UHGV virus genome: UHGV-0339891
From: a virus
DNA: 17,122 nt
Direction: 5' to 3' (one strand)
The notes under the pieces are model-generated. The model worked only from the letters and a program-made list of their open reading frames with translations, was not told where the DNA came from and ran no database searches. Positions 1-7,745 of the stretch are shown here, in pieces. The translations under genes and the position numbers were made by a program. How positions within the stretch are numbered: the stretch's first letter is position 1; every line of letters begins with the position of its first letter.

Positions 1-147
1 TGATGCTGAATTTCTGAATCCCATAGCATCTGGCTGTTCTCCGGTACTGGTTACAGCTATAAAGCGGTCATGAAAACAAACCTTGAACCCGTTGCGCTTA
101 AGGAACTTGTACGCAATCTGACAGAGTTCGCGGTGTGTTAACGCCAT
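1..147 (-). CDS. Hypothetical prophage protein, partial (C-terminus runs off the window start)
   Basis: Minus-strand ATG at 147..145 preceded by GGAGGG (plus 152-157); reads MALTHRELCQIAYKFLKRNGFKV... open to position 1; start lies 2 nt downstream of the upstream gene's stop. Confidence 0.4.
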   Translation of the reverse strand, partial: MALTHRELCQIAYKFLKRNGFKVCFHDRFIAVTSTGEQPDAMGFRNSAS

Positions 148-148
148 A

Positions 149-541
149 TCACCCTCCTTTGATGCGAATGCCTGTAGCGCGGATTGCATCGATGACTTCA
201 GAAACTTTGTATGCCATTACCGTTTGGTAATCCTCGTGAAAATCTGTTCGATGAAGCATGCTGCTACGTTCTGGGAGCGATATTTCCCGCGCTTCCAGTT
301 CAGCAATGCGCTTCTCTGCGACTTCCAGCGCATTTACCAGATCATCAACGGTTCCAGCCGCTTGGCGTGCGTAATCTGTAATTGCCAGCTCGCATTCAAT
401 TTCAGTTCCGTTTTCGTTGGTGTGGCAAATAGCAAAGTAATCGGAGTCGATTTCGTTATCAGCCAAACTCCTAAGCGTGTCGGCAACCAGCACTCCGTTT
501 TCAATCAGCATCTCTGTTGCGCGTTTGTCGATGTTGCTCAT
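149..541 (-). CDS. Hypothetical Ea22-region protein (130 aa), shares MSNID N-terminus and AEKRIAELE segment with the neighbouring gene
   Basis: ORF track 149..541; ATG start; start overlaps the stop of the upstream gene (538..541). Confidence 0.55.
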   Translation of the reverse strand: MSNIDKRATEMLIENGVLVADTLRSLADNEIDSDYFAICHTNENGTEIECELAITDYARQAAGTVDDLVNALEVAEKRIAELEAREISLPERSSMLHRTDFHEDYQTVMAYKVSEVIDAIRATGIRIKGG

Positions 542-1401
542 TGCGCGGCCTCCTGGCGGTCTATGCGTTCAATTTCGGCCAGAATAAGTGCGCCAGCTTT
601 CACAAGGTCACGACGCGGCCCAGATTGCTTCCACCAATCAGGAGCCCACGGCCAATGCGCTGGCGTTGAGAAGCCTTGATTGTGTGCGCTAATCGCATAG
701 CAAGCTGCAGCATCTGCCAGCTCACCGTTTTGATAGGCGTCGTCATGCTCCGGTGTCCAACCCTCAACAGCCCTCTGCCGCTGACGTTCTGATATCACAT
801 CCAGAAGTGCAGGATTGAACGCCAGCACCTCCAGTTCAGCAATCCGCTTCTCTGCGGCTTCCAGCTTCTCGCGCATATCGTCAACGTACTCGACCAGAGA
901 TCCGCCAGCAGGAATTTCGCATTCCTCGACCAGTTGGAAGTAGATATCAGCTGCGGCCCGTGTGTTGCTATGCCTAGCGTCGCCCATCTCACCTTCACGA
1001 AGAGCATCGCGTTCGGCGGTAAGATTGGCTATTTTGCTGTCTTTTCCTTCCAGCTCAACGCGAAGCCTCCCAACCGTAAGCGCAATATCCTCGTTCTCCT
1101 GGTCGCGGCGTTTGATGTATTGCTGGTTTCTTTCCCGTTCATCCAGTAATGCCAGCACGGTAGCCGGACTGGCTGCGGCGATGAATTCAGCATTGGCCTG
1201 CTGTTCCATTTGGAAATCTTCATCGAAACCGCTTTCAGGATGCGCTCCTTCAATTCTGCAAATAGGAATATATCCAGCAACTTCACGATGAATTAGTGCA
1301 TCATCACCATCAAATCGGCCCTTTCCATATTCGAGCGACCACTCACCACACGTTGCTTTTTCTGCCTTTTCACGCAGTGCCTGATAGTCAATATTGCTCA
1401 C
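538..1401 (-). CDS. Ea22-like prophage protein (287 aa), coiled-coil centre with a Trp/His-rich C-terminal domain
   Basis: ORF track; N-terminus [21 protein letters not shown] typical of lambdoid Ea22-like proteins (recalled, not searched); apparent GTG start at 1401 overlapping the upstream stop. Confidence 0.55.
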   Translation of the reverse strand: MSNIDYQALREKAEKATCGEWSLEYGKGRFDGDDALIHREVAGYIPICRIEGAHPESGFDEDFQMEQQANAEFIAAASPATVLALLDERERNQQYIKRRDQENEDIALTVGRLRVELEGKDSKIANLTAERDALREGEMGDARHSNTRAAADIYFQLVEECEIPAGGSLVEYVDDMREKLEAAEKRIAELEVLAFNPALLDVISERQRQRAVEGWTPEHDDAYQNGELADAAACYAISAHNQGFSTPAHWPWAPDWWKQSGPRRDLVKAGALILAEIERIDRQEAAQ

Positions 1402-1856
1402 TGGTTGCCTCCTTGGCGTAACTGGGCGGCGAACTCATCAGCACCAAGTGCAATCATTTTGCAGACTGATGCTCCTCCATCATTCGTTCTAAGATGGCTG
1501 GAAAACATCTCTACACCCTGCGCCCTCACTTCAGCCAGGAAGGCGTCGGTGGCTGGTGTTTCAGTGAACTCACTAACCCAGTCGGGTCCAAATTCTTCGG
1601 CGCACATCTTATCGAACTCACGCTCAGATTCTTTCAGCTCTGCATTCTCAGCAGCCAGCGCTGCGCACTTAGCCTCAAGGTTGTCAATCGTGATTCCAGC
1701 AGAACGACACTCCCGCAACGCCGTTTCTAGTTTTGATTCAAGTTCACCAAACTTACGGACAAGATATTCAGCGTTTGTTTCGTTAACCTTTAAATCTCGG
1801 GGGATGCATTTACCTTTCAGAAATCCATCCATCTCAATTAGTGTCATTTGTTTCAT
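1398..1856 (-). CDS. Hypothetical coiled-coil prophage protein (about 152 aa from ATG MKQMTL)
   Basis: ORF track 1398..1874 (GTG); preferred ATG at 1856..1854 overlaps the TGA of the upstream small ORF (ATGA). Confidence 0.45.
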   Translation of the reverse strand: MKQMTLIEMDGFLKGKCIPRDLKVNETNAEYLVRKFGELESKLETALRECRSAGITIDNLEAKCAALAAENAELKESEREFDKMCAEEFGPDWVSEFTETPATDAFLAEVRAQGVEMFSSHLRTNDGGASVCKMIALGADEFAAQLRQGGNQ

Positions 1857-2017
1857 TTTTTCCCACTCCGCCACATCGCATTCAGATATTTGTTTTGATT
1901 CACTGATGGAAAAGAATTTCTCTTAAGCAATTCCTCTCTCGATGGCATTGGCTTTACGCGTTGGCGAATAATCATTTCTGCCGGAAGAATGCCGGGATTG
2001 TATGCAAGTCCTCTCAT
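1853..2017 (-). CDS. Small hypothetical protein (54 aa)
   Basis: Not in ORF track (<60 aa); ATG at 2017..2015 preceded by AAGAGGAA with 7-nt spacing; stop overlaps the next start. Confidence 0.3.
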   Translation of the reverse strand: MRGLAYNPGILPAEMIIRQRVKPMPSREELLKRNSFPSVNQNKYLNAMWRSGKK

Positions 2018-2033
2018 GGTAAATTCCTCTTTG

Positions 2034-2348
2034 TTAATTTATTCGTATGCCTGTTCTCTCTTCATCAAGTTTTTTTAGCTTGTATCGCATAGCTCTTACT
2101 GAATAAATTGAGCGGCAGGTTGCAATTGCTATTTCTTCTGCGGAGAACTTACCGAAAAGTGATACTTCGGCTCTTGTCCATCGTCTTCCACGAAGTCGGC
2201 TAACAATGTCAGCGCCAATCCTTGTTGCTTTCGCCATTACTGCTTTCTCAGTCCTTTCCAGTTTTTCAGCGATAACTTCAACTGGCATTGTTGCCGCTAC
2301 TTCGCGCAAGAAATCGACTTCCCATTTCTCCCAAGGAGTCTTTTTCAT
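2034..2348 (-). CDS. Hypothetical prophage protein (104 aa)
   Basis: ORF track; ATG start at 2348; no clear SD. Confidence 0.45.
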   Translation of the reverse strand: MKKTPWEKWEVDFLREVAATMPVEVIAEKLERTEKAVMAKATRIGADIVSRLRGRRWTRAEVSLFGKFSAEEIAIATCRSIYSVRAMRYKLKKLDEERTGIRIN

Positions 2349-2359
2349 AGGCGATACCG

Positions 2360-2842
2360 TTATTTGATAAGAAGTGAAGGTTTCCCAACTTTGAGTTGAG
2401 CGCCGGGGATATTTATTCCTGCTTTTAGTTGGTGTTTGATTGCCAGTTTGTCGGCTTTAATTGTCGTTTCAAACTCAACGTATTCAGGAGGAAGGGCGCT
2501 TGAGTCGATTATTTCTACAGTTTCTGACGGTTTGCGGATTGTTACCTGGTGAATACCTGCTCGAATCTTTTTCTTGCCTACCATTTCAAGCGATGACGCT
2601 ATATATGATTTGATGCTGTCAATCTTATTTTGAATTACTGCGGCTCGCTCATTCAGTGACTTTGCCTCTTCCTTGAGGCGTTCAGCATAACCAGATTCAT
2701 TTTTAATGACGGAAAGAAGTTGCTCTATTTTATCGGTAAATTCTCCTTCCATGCCTTCTATTGTGTCAGCAATCATCTCTGGTTCTAAATCTGAATCCAT
2801 CAATTTTGCGTATTCATTGGCAATTTCATACAGTTTGCTCAC
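2360..2842 (-). CDS. Siphovirus Gp157-family protein (about 160 aa)
   Basis: ORF track 2360..2848 (TTG); better start GTG at 2842 with GGAGG 6 nt upstream; size, coiled-coil character and position next to recT fit the Gp157 family (recalled). Confidence 0.5.
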   Translation of the reverse strand: MSKLYEIANEYAKLMDSDLEPEMIADTIEGMEGEFTDKIEQLLSVIKNESGYAERLKEEAKSLNERAAVIQNKIDSIKSYIASSLEMVGKKKIRAGIHQVTIRKPSETVEIIDSSALPPEYVEFETTIKADKLAIKHQLKAGINIPGAQLKVGKPSLLIK

Positions 2843-3728
2843 TGGCAACCTCCAGTTTCTCTTTGCATTCTATGTAAATGGCTTGTACGTTCTGCTGCAA
2901 TTTCATTCCAGATGTCAGGCGATATGCTTCTGCAAAATATCGCTTCAAATCATCCATGTTTTCTGCCTGAGCCATTTCATCACAAAGAAGTTGTGCTTTA
3001 TCCATTATTTCCTGCTGGCGTTTCCGTTTATCTTCGCGGATATCTTCCTCTGATTTGTGCGGCATTACTGGTTCCTGATGCATACCTTCATCTTCGTTAA
3101 GCAGGTGAATGGCATTATCCAGTCGCTGGGCTTTAGGCCAGTATTTGCTGGCGCGTTTAACTATGGTTTTACGCGCCATCTCTTCCCAGAATGTCTTCCA
3201 CGGTCCATTCTTTGCCTTGCTCGTTGCTTCCACAGCTTTAATTTCTGCCAGACTCATTTCTTCAGTCAGGTAGTCACCATCTGCTGTTTTAACCGTACAA
3301 TAACCACCAACAATAGAGCCTCGCTCACCAAATGCGTTGTATTTGTGGGTTGGTGCTGAATCAAGGCCGTTTGATTCATAGGTGTCGTTTGAGTACACCA
3401 GTTTGCATTGCCCCCACTTAATTGATCCTGTCGACTGTGCAAGGTGAAGTAATCCCATATAGCTGATATCAAGGCAAACCATGCCGTCGCGCGGAACCAG
3501 ATAAGCAAGTTTGCTGGCCGGGTTTAAGGTGATGCCGATCGCCGCAACATTGATGATGGCGTTCTGTGCGCTGGTTGGATTTGCCAGTGCCGTTTTAGCC
3601 AGGTAATCATTTTTCTGGAAATACTGAATTGCAAACTGGCTTTCCTTAGCCCATGTCACCGTCTGTTCAGTCAATGCTCCGCAGAATAACTGCTCCTGCT
3701 GTTTAACGAATTCAACGATATTGCTCAT
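2826..3728 (-). CDS. recT: RecT-family single-strand annealing recombinase
   Basis: 300-aa ORF; C-terminal motif NGPWKTFWEEMARKTIVKRASKYWP resembles E. coli RecT NGPWVTHWEEMAKKTAIRRLFKYLP (recalled); ATG overlaps the upstream stop (ATGA). Confidence 0.75.
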   Translation of the reverse strand: MSNIVEFVKQQEQLFCGALTEQTVTWAKESQFAIQYFQKNDYLAKTALANPTSAQNAIINVAAIGITLNPASKLAYLVPRDGMVCLDISYMGLLHLAQSTGSIKWGQCKLVYSNDTYESNGLDSAPTHKYNAFGERGSIVGGYCTVKTADGDYLTEEMSLAEIKAVEATSKAKNGPWKTFWEEMARKTIVKRASKYWPKAQRLDNAIHLLNEDEGMHQEPVMPHKSEEDIREDKRKRQQEIMDKAQLLCDEMAQAENMDDLKRYFAEAYRLTSGMKLQQNVQAIYIECKEKLEVASEQTV

Positions 3729-4036
3729 GCAGCTTCTCCAAAAATGTGTCTGCGTTTAAATATTGCGAAGGCATATTCAGCCTTAACTCTTTCGGTTATT
3801 GCATCCCAGAACCATTCATCGGCTTTTTCCTGATAGTTACAATCATCATCTTCCAGCCAGTCGATAGCATCCTTAGTATGTTCATCTGGTTTATATGAGC
3901 GAAGCATTTCGCTTATTGGGTCGCAACGTTTGCAGAGGCGATCAACTTCACTGTTGATTCGTTCGTAATCTTCATCAGTAAAACTTGCGATTATTTGCGA
4001 TATTTCACGCTTATCATTCAGAGTCAGAATCATCAT
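3725..4036 (-). CDS. Small strongly acidic protein (103 aa, net charge about -10) in the position of lambda gam
   Basis: ORF track; ATG ATG start with GGAG 4 nt upstream; 25 D/E vs 15 K/R by my count; no recognisable similarity to lambda Gam. Confidence 0.5.
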   Translation of the reverse strand: MMILTLNDKREISQIIASFTDEDYERINSEVDRLCKRCDPISEMLRSYKPDEHTKDAIDWLEDDDCNYQEKADEWFWDAITERVKAEYAFAIFKRRHIFGEAA

Positions 4037-4117
4037 CTTTCTCCTGTTCTTTGTGCTGATTGAGCATTTTGTTCATCTGACGAATGAATTCTTCGTCTGA
4101 CCAGTTATCTGTAAAAC

Positions 4118-4270
4118 TCATTTCCTGCGATACCACGGAAGGTTGATAGCTGATTTCATCGCTTTATTTGCTTCAAGCCACATTTTTGAATCACCAATAA
4201 ATCTGGCTATTACTGCTTTGTTCTGTGCAGCACGAAGCATCTGGTGATTGATGGCTATTTCATTGCGCAT
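4118..4270 (-). CDS. kil: Kil-like small protein (50 aa), called by position and size
   Basis: Translated by hand: MRNEIAINHQMLRAAQNKAVIARFIGDSKMWLEANKAMKSAINLPWYRRK; lies immediately downstream of and overlapping the cIII-like gene, as kil does in lambda. Confidence 0.4.
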   Translation of the reverse strand: MRNEIAINHQMLRAAQNKAVIARFIGDSKMWLEANKAMKSAINLPWYRRK

Positions 4271-4389
4271 AACGTCTCCAGTTGTTTCTTTGCTGCTCTG
4301 ATTAATTGTTTAACTCGGCGTGATAATTCAGATTCGTGCGGGTAGAAAGCGGACATGACGCCGCTACCCGCGAGCTGAAAGTGCATCAT
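4252..4389 (-). CDS. cIII: cIII-like small protein (45 aa)
   Basis: Translated by hand: MMHFQLAGSGVMSAFYPHESELSRRVKQLIRAAKKQLETLCAMK; the central segment resembles the lambda CIII helix (ESLLERITRKLRDGWKRL, recalled). Confidence 0.5.
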
Positions 4390-4464
4390 GGGTAACTCCT
4401 TATATTTGATTGCATAACGAAAACGCCTCGAGTGAAGCGTTATTGGTATGCGGTAAAGCCGCGC

Positions 4465-4776
4465 TTAGGCGGCTGATGTTTCTTCTTTCAGGCTTTCGAG
4501 ATATTTACGTGGGTCGTCGTAACATTGGCATTCGCTGTACCAATCCACCCAGCGATCAGTAAGCCCCATCTCTGATAAATCTTCATCGGTAAGGCTCTCA
4601 TCCCACATCTCAAGGCCGTTAGCATTGCAGTAATCAGGCTTGATGTTGTTGTCATACTGAAAGGCGTCATAATCAGCCAGTGCATCCATCAGGCGAACAC
4701 CCTCTTCAACACTTGCCACTTCTACAATGAACGGTTTCATAGGTACTTGCGGGATATGCCAGACACGTAATTTCAT
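4465..4776 (-). CDS. Small strongly acidic protein (103 aa from MKLRVWH, net charge about -14)
   Basis: ORF track 4465..4830; preferred ATG at 4776..4774 with GGAGG upstream; the upstream extension of the track ORF runs through a terminator hairpin. Confidence 0.5.
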   Translation of the reverse strand: MKLRVWHIPQVPMKPFIVEVASVEEGVRLMDALADYDAFQYDNNIKPDYCNANGLEMWDESLTDEDLSEMGLTDRWVDWYSECQCYDDPRKYLESLKEETSAA

Positions 4777-4786
4777 ATTTCCTCCG

Positions 4787-4815
4787 TCAAAAAAATCGCC
4801 CTCACACTGGAGGGC
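4787..4815 (-). terminator. Intrinsic terminator inside the pL operon
   Basis: Minus-strand stem GCCCTC/GAGGGC (plus 4798-4803 / 4810-4815) followed by U7 (plus A-run 4789-4795). Confidence 0.5.
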
Positions 4816-4908
4816 AAAGAAGATTTCCAATAATCAGAACAAGTCGGCTCCTGTTTAGTTACGAGCGACATTGCTCACATAGCAGACTCGCAAATCTGCT
4901 ATAGGCGC

Positions 4909-5070
4909 TTATTCGCATCGCATGACAACATCAAATTTTTCGAGATTACTTTGTCGCAACAATCCTTCTTCTACGCGGTCAGCTTTTCTATAATTATCAA
5001 ATTCGAAATGTTTAATTACTTCTTTCGTTTCTCGCTCTATAACTTCAACAATGTATTTCTTATTCATCAT
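4909..5070 (-). CDS. Small hypothetical protein (53 aa)
   Basis: Not in ORF track; hand translation MMNKKYIVEVIERETKEVIKHFEFDNYRKADRVEEGLLRQSNLEKFDVVMRCE; ATG overlaps the upstream TGA (ATGA); AT-rich. Confidence 0.35.
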   Translation of the reverse strand: MMNKKYIVEVIERETKEVIKHFEFDNYRKADRVEEGLLRQSNLEKFDVVMRCE

Positions 5071-5363
5071 TCTTCCCCAAGAGCTTTTCTGATTGCTGCA
5101 AGACCTTTATTAACAGCTCCATACCATTCTGGATATGTTGTCTTTGTTCTATTTTTGGTTTGCTTAAGTAATAACTGAAGTGCTTCGAGAAGGTCAGGTG
5201 CTGCCGCTATTAGATTGGCATCTTCAATGCGTTGAACTTCCTCACAGATTGCAATATACGAACGCCAGCCTGCGCCATTTTCAAGTGAGTCTGCCTGGAT
5301 GATTTTAATCTCATCGCCATCCATCATTATTTCCCACTTACCTTCAGTACCTTTAAATTCCAT
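5067..5363 (-). CDS. Hypothetical protein (98 aa from MEFKGTEG)
   Basis: ORF track 5067..5369 (GTG); ATG at 5363 with AGAGGTG upstream. Confidence 0.5.
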   Translation of the reverse strand: MEFKGTEGKWEIMMDGDEIKIIQADSLENGAGWRSYIAICEEVQRIEDANLIAAAPDLLEALQLLLKQTKNRTKTTYPEWYGAVNKGLAAIRKALGEE

Positions 5364-5383
5364 GTTCACCTCTGTTGTTTATG

Positions 5384-5411
5384 TCAAAAATAAAGGCCGA
5401 CTATGCGGCCT
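5384..5411 (-). terminator. Intrinsic terminator inside the pL operon
   Basis: Minus-strand stem AGGCCG/CGGCCT with 6-nt loop followed by UUUAUUUUU, starting 5 nt after the stop of the 5416..5865 gene. Confidence 0.45.
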
Positions 5412-5415
5412 GAAA

Positions 5416-5865
5416 TTACTTAACCAATGATGCTGCATATTCGATAAGGTAAAGCTTTGGGGCCAGCCAAATTTTTAACCAAGTCATATTGGTTACTACA
5501 CCAATAATAAAAATCCCCCACAGAGTCAAAACTCCAACCAATGGCATGATAAGAAGGTTAATATCTCCTTTGCTATCCCAAACCATTGTCGGCCTGTATT
5601 TTGGATTTCCCCTCTCCCATGAGTATCCTTCATCACCGATTTTACCTGTCTCAACTCTTTGGCACTGCTTCTTCATAAACCAGAAAACCAGTGGGATTGT
5701 TAGAATGGCTATTAATGTTTTAATCAGACTGTCAACCATATTCCATAGCAGCAACTGATGAACAACATCAGGAATCTGTGCCTGGCTAAATGAAACAGCC
5801 GCGTCTATTCCATTACTGGCTTTTTGCAGTAGTTCTACGAGAATCTTGTTTGCTTGTTCTTCCAT
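5416..5865 (-). CDS. Predicted two-TM inner-membrane protein (149 aa), first gene after N; possible superinfection-exclusion type function
   Basis: ORF track; ATG preceded by GAGGTG; two hydrophobic stretches (LIKTLIAILTIPLVFWF and LLIMPLVGVLTLWGIFIIGVV). Confidence 0.55.
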   Translation of the reverse strand: MEEQANKILVELLQKASNGIDAAVSFSQAQIPDVVHQLLLWNMVDSLIKTLIAILTIPLVFWFMKKQCQRVETGKIGDEGYSWERGNPKYRPTMVWDSKGDINLLIMPLVGVLTLWGIFIIGVVTNMTWLKIWLAPKLYLIEYAASLVK

Positions 5866-5984
5866 ATATCACCTCAAATAAGTGGTTTGCTGCCTAATTT
5901 AATTTTCTGGCGACCAACACAAGTCACACCCATTTCACTGCGTGGCTTGCGGTAGTAAATACGGTTATGTTTACGCTCGACTTC

Positions 5985-6173
5985 TTATGCCTTCTTGCAG
6001 CGAAGGCTTCCGAGTGATGCTGCTTTATCTGCTCTGACGCAACCAGAGAGCTTTAGCGCAATTTTTCGCGCCAGTCGCTGCTCTTGCATTGCCTGTTCAC
6101 GTTGAGCCTGTCTGCGTGCTCTGCGGCGGTTTCTGGCATTATCGTCAGCCAGATATGTAATAACTACTGTCAT
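5985..6173 (-). CDS. N: N-like transcription antiterminator, short (62 aa) with an arginine-rich motif
   Basis: ATG with GGAGG 5 nt upstream; N-terminal motif NARNRRRARRQAQREQ; first gene downstream of pL and nutL. Confidence 0.5.
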   Translation of the reverse strand: MTVVITYLADDNARNRRRARRQAQREQAMQEQRLARKIALKLSGCVRADKAASLGSLRCKKA

Positions 6174-6367
6174 GTTGACCTCCGATGATTGACTTTGGTG
6201 ATTGGATGGCCGGTGCTGAATTCCGGCTTACTGGTTAGAGCGCCCGCACTACCAGTGACGCTGTCTTGAGGCGCAGATTGGTTACTGCTTGCCATGAGCG
6301 CTGTTTATACATTGGTCGAGCATCAGCCTGCTCATTCATCCAATCCCAAAGCCAACTACTCTTTGGT

Positions 6368-6408
6368 TCCCGCATTTCGGCGGGACAATCCCATCAATGT
6401 TAAAGAGC
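6368..6408 (-). promoter_or_regulatory. nutL (boxA GGCTCTTTAA plus boxB hairpin)
   Basis: Minus-strand GGCTCTTTAA (plus 6400-6408), 13-nt spacer, then hairpin CCCGC-CGAAAT-GCGGG (plus 6368-6386); the same boxB occurs at nutR. Confidence 0.6.
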
Positions 6409-6454
6409 CTGCCAATCTGTTCCGTTTGGCTACCAGCGTCCTGCTGATGGCTTA

Positions 6455-6540
6455 AAGATAACTTAGGTTATAGGTGTGGTCAATAACATAATTTATATTT
6501 TGTGGTAAATAAGTTATAAGTGATGGATAACAAAGGTATT
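6455..6540 (-). promoter_or_regulatory. pL promoter with OL operator sites
   Basis: Minus strand: -35 TTGACC (plus 6478-6483), 17-bp spacer, -10 TATCTT (plus 6455-6460); operators ATAACTTAGGTTAT 6458-6471, ATAACATAATTTAT 6483-6496, and weaker ATAACAAAGGTATT 6527-6540. Confidence 0.55.
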
Positions 6541-6660
6541 TTATTTTTGTAAATGTTGCTGATTGATTGGTGTTTGAGGGCTTGCGTGCGGGGTGAAGGT
6601 GTTACCTTTGGCTTGATGCTTGTCTATGATGATGATGGGTGATTGGGTGGTGAACGGCAG

Positions 6661-6695
6661 GAAAAGAAAACCCGGCGCTGAGGCCGGGTGTTTTT
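6661..6695. terminator. Bidirectional intrinsic terminator ending the cI operon
   Basis: Stem CCCGGC/GCCGGG (6671-6676 / 6683-6688) flanked by TGTTTTT on plus and TTTTCTTTTC on minus. Confidence 0.55.
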
Positions 6696-6990
6696 AGTCT
6701 TTTCTTTTGCTTAGCATTTCGTCGATTTCTAAGTCAATACGATATTGATCTATTGCTTTTCTCTCGTTTGGGGTTGGTATTTTATACTGTTCAATTAGAT
6801 CTGTTGTGTATTTTATTTCATCTAATGTGATTTTTATATCAGATAGAATCTCTTTTATATCAATTAGATGCTCTTCTTCTTTTGCGCGATTAGAGCTATG
6901 TTCAATCATTTGAGATAGCTTTTTGCTAATGCTTAGCAAAACAAAAAGAATGATGACCAAAACAACAACAAAAACTATCAGAAATTCCAT
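6694..6990 (-). CDS. Small membrane-anchored coiled-coil protein (98 aa), a moron in the rexAB position downstream of cI
   Basis: ORF track; ATG with GGAGG 4 nt upstream; N-terminal TM helix EFLIVFVVVLVIILFVLLSI then a charged helical domain; AT-rich; terminator 6 nt after the stop. Confidence 0.55.
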   Translation of the reverse strand: MEFLIVFVVVLVIILFVLLSISKKLSQMIEHSSNRAKEEEHLIDIKEILSDIKITLDEIKYTTDLIEQYKIPTPNERKAIDQYRIDLEIDEMLSKRKD

Positions 6991-7030
6991 TATCCCTCCG
7001 CACTTCCGTAAGTCTTCTTCTGATTATCGG

Positions 7031-7738
7031 TTACCAACTATGAGACGACCAGAATACTCTGCCAATAATCCTTACGGTTTTATGAAATTCATCTCTATCC
7101 ATTACTTCATCCGGGTACTCTTCGCGATTTATTGATCTGATTATCACCGATGTAGGGGTGGCGATTAATGTTTTTACTCGTAACAAATCAGACTGGCAAA
7201 TAGCGTAGGTTTTACCATCTCTGATTGTGGTATCTTGCGTGTTAACACCAACAACATCGCCATCGTGAAGCGTTGGTTCCATGCTTTGCCCTACAACCCT
7301 AACTAGCTTGGCTGATCTTTCAGATACTCCCATCTTTTTCAGATAGTGCTTTCTGAAAACCAAAGAGAACTCCGATGATTCCTCTAGCTCGCAGCTACCG
7401 CTTCCAGCTGAAAGCGAAACGTTAAGAAGAGGCAACGCAACAAACTCGTCATCGTTTCTTTTAATGTCTTCCCATACCACAGCTTTTAAAGATGACTCAC
7501 GGACATTGGATGGTTCTTCATGTGCACCATCCCTCATTTCACCAATACCAGAACTAAGCCATTCAGGACGCACTTTTAAAGCATTGGCTAATTCAACCAT
7601 CTTGCGAGATCCGTTTGTTTTACCGGACGACATCTTCTGTATGGCTGGCTGAGATATTCCAACCATGTCAGCAAGCTGTGATTGTGATACCCCTGCTGAG
7701 CTCATGGCTGCATTTAGTCTTTCTGCGAATGTTTTCAT
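7031..7738 (-). CDS. cI: cI-type prophage repressor (HTH plus LexA-like S24 peptidase domain)
   Basis: ORF track 7031..7768 (TTG); ATG at 7738 (MKTFAERL); HTH segment QSQLADMVGISQPAIQKM; Ala-Gly site in LSAGSG; Ser in GQSMEP and Lys in LLRVKTL. Confidence 0.8.
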   Translation of the reverse strand: MKTFAERLNAAMSSAGVSQSQLADMVGISQPAIQKMSSGKTNGSRKMVELANALKVRPEWLSSGIGEMRDGAHEEPSNVRESSLKAVVWEDIKRNDDEFVALPLLNVSLSAGSGSCELEESSEFSLVFRKHYLKKMGVSERSAKLVRVVGQSMEPTLHDGDVVGVNTQDTTIRDGKTYAICQSDLLRVKTLIATPTSVIIRSINREEYPDEVMDRDEFHKTVRIIGRVFWSSHSW

Positions 7739-7745
7739 ACCCACA

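Noticed and set aside
224-3359. Plus-strand track ORFs (224..679, 934..1149, 962..1291, 1405..1926, 1494..1730, 2706..3053, 2912..3100, 3057..3359) and minus-strand ORFs 795..1007 and 1029..1286
   Set aside because: All lie inside or antisense to longer, better-supported minus-strand genes with RBSs and coupled starts; Ser/Leu/Arg-rich translations are typical of shadow frames.
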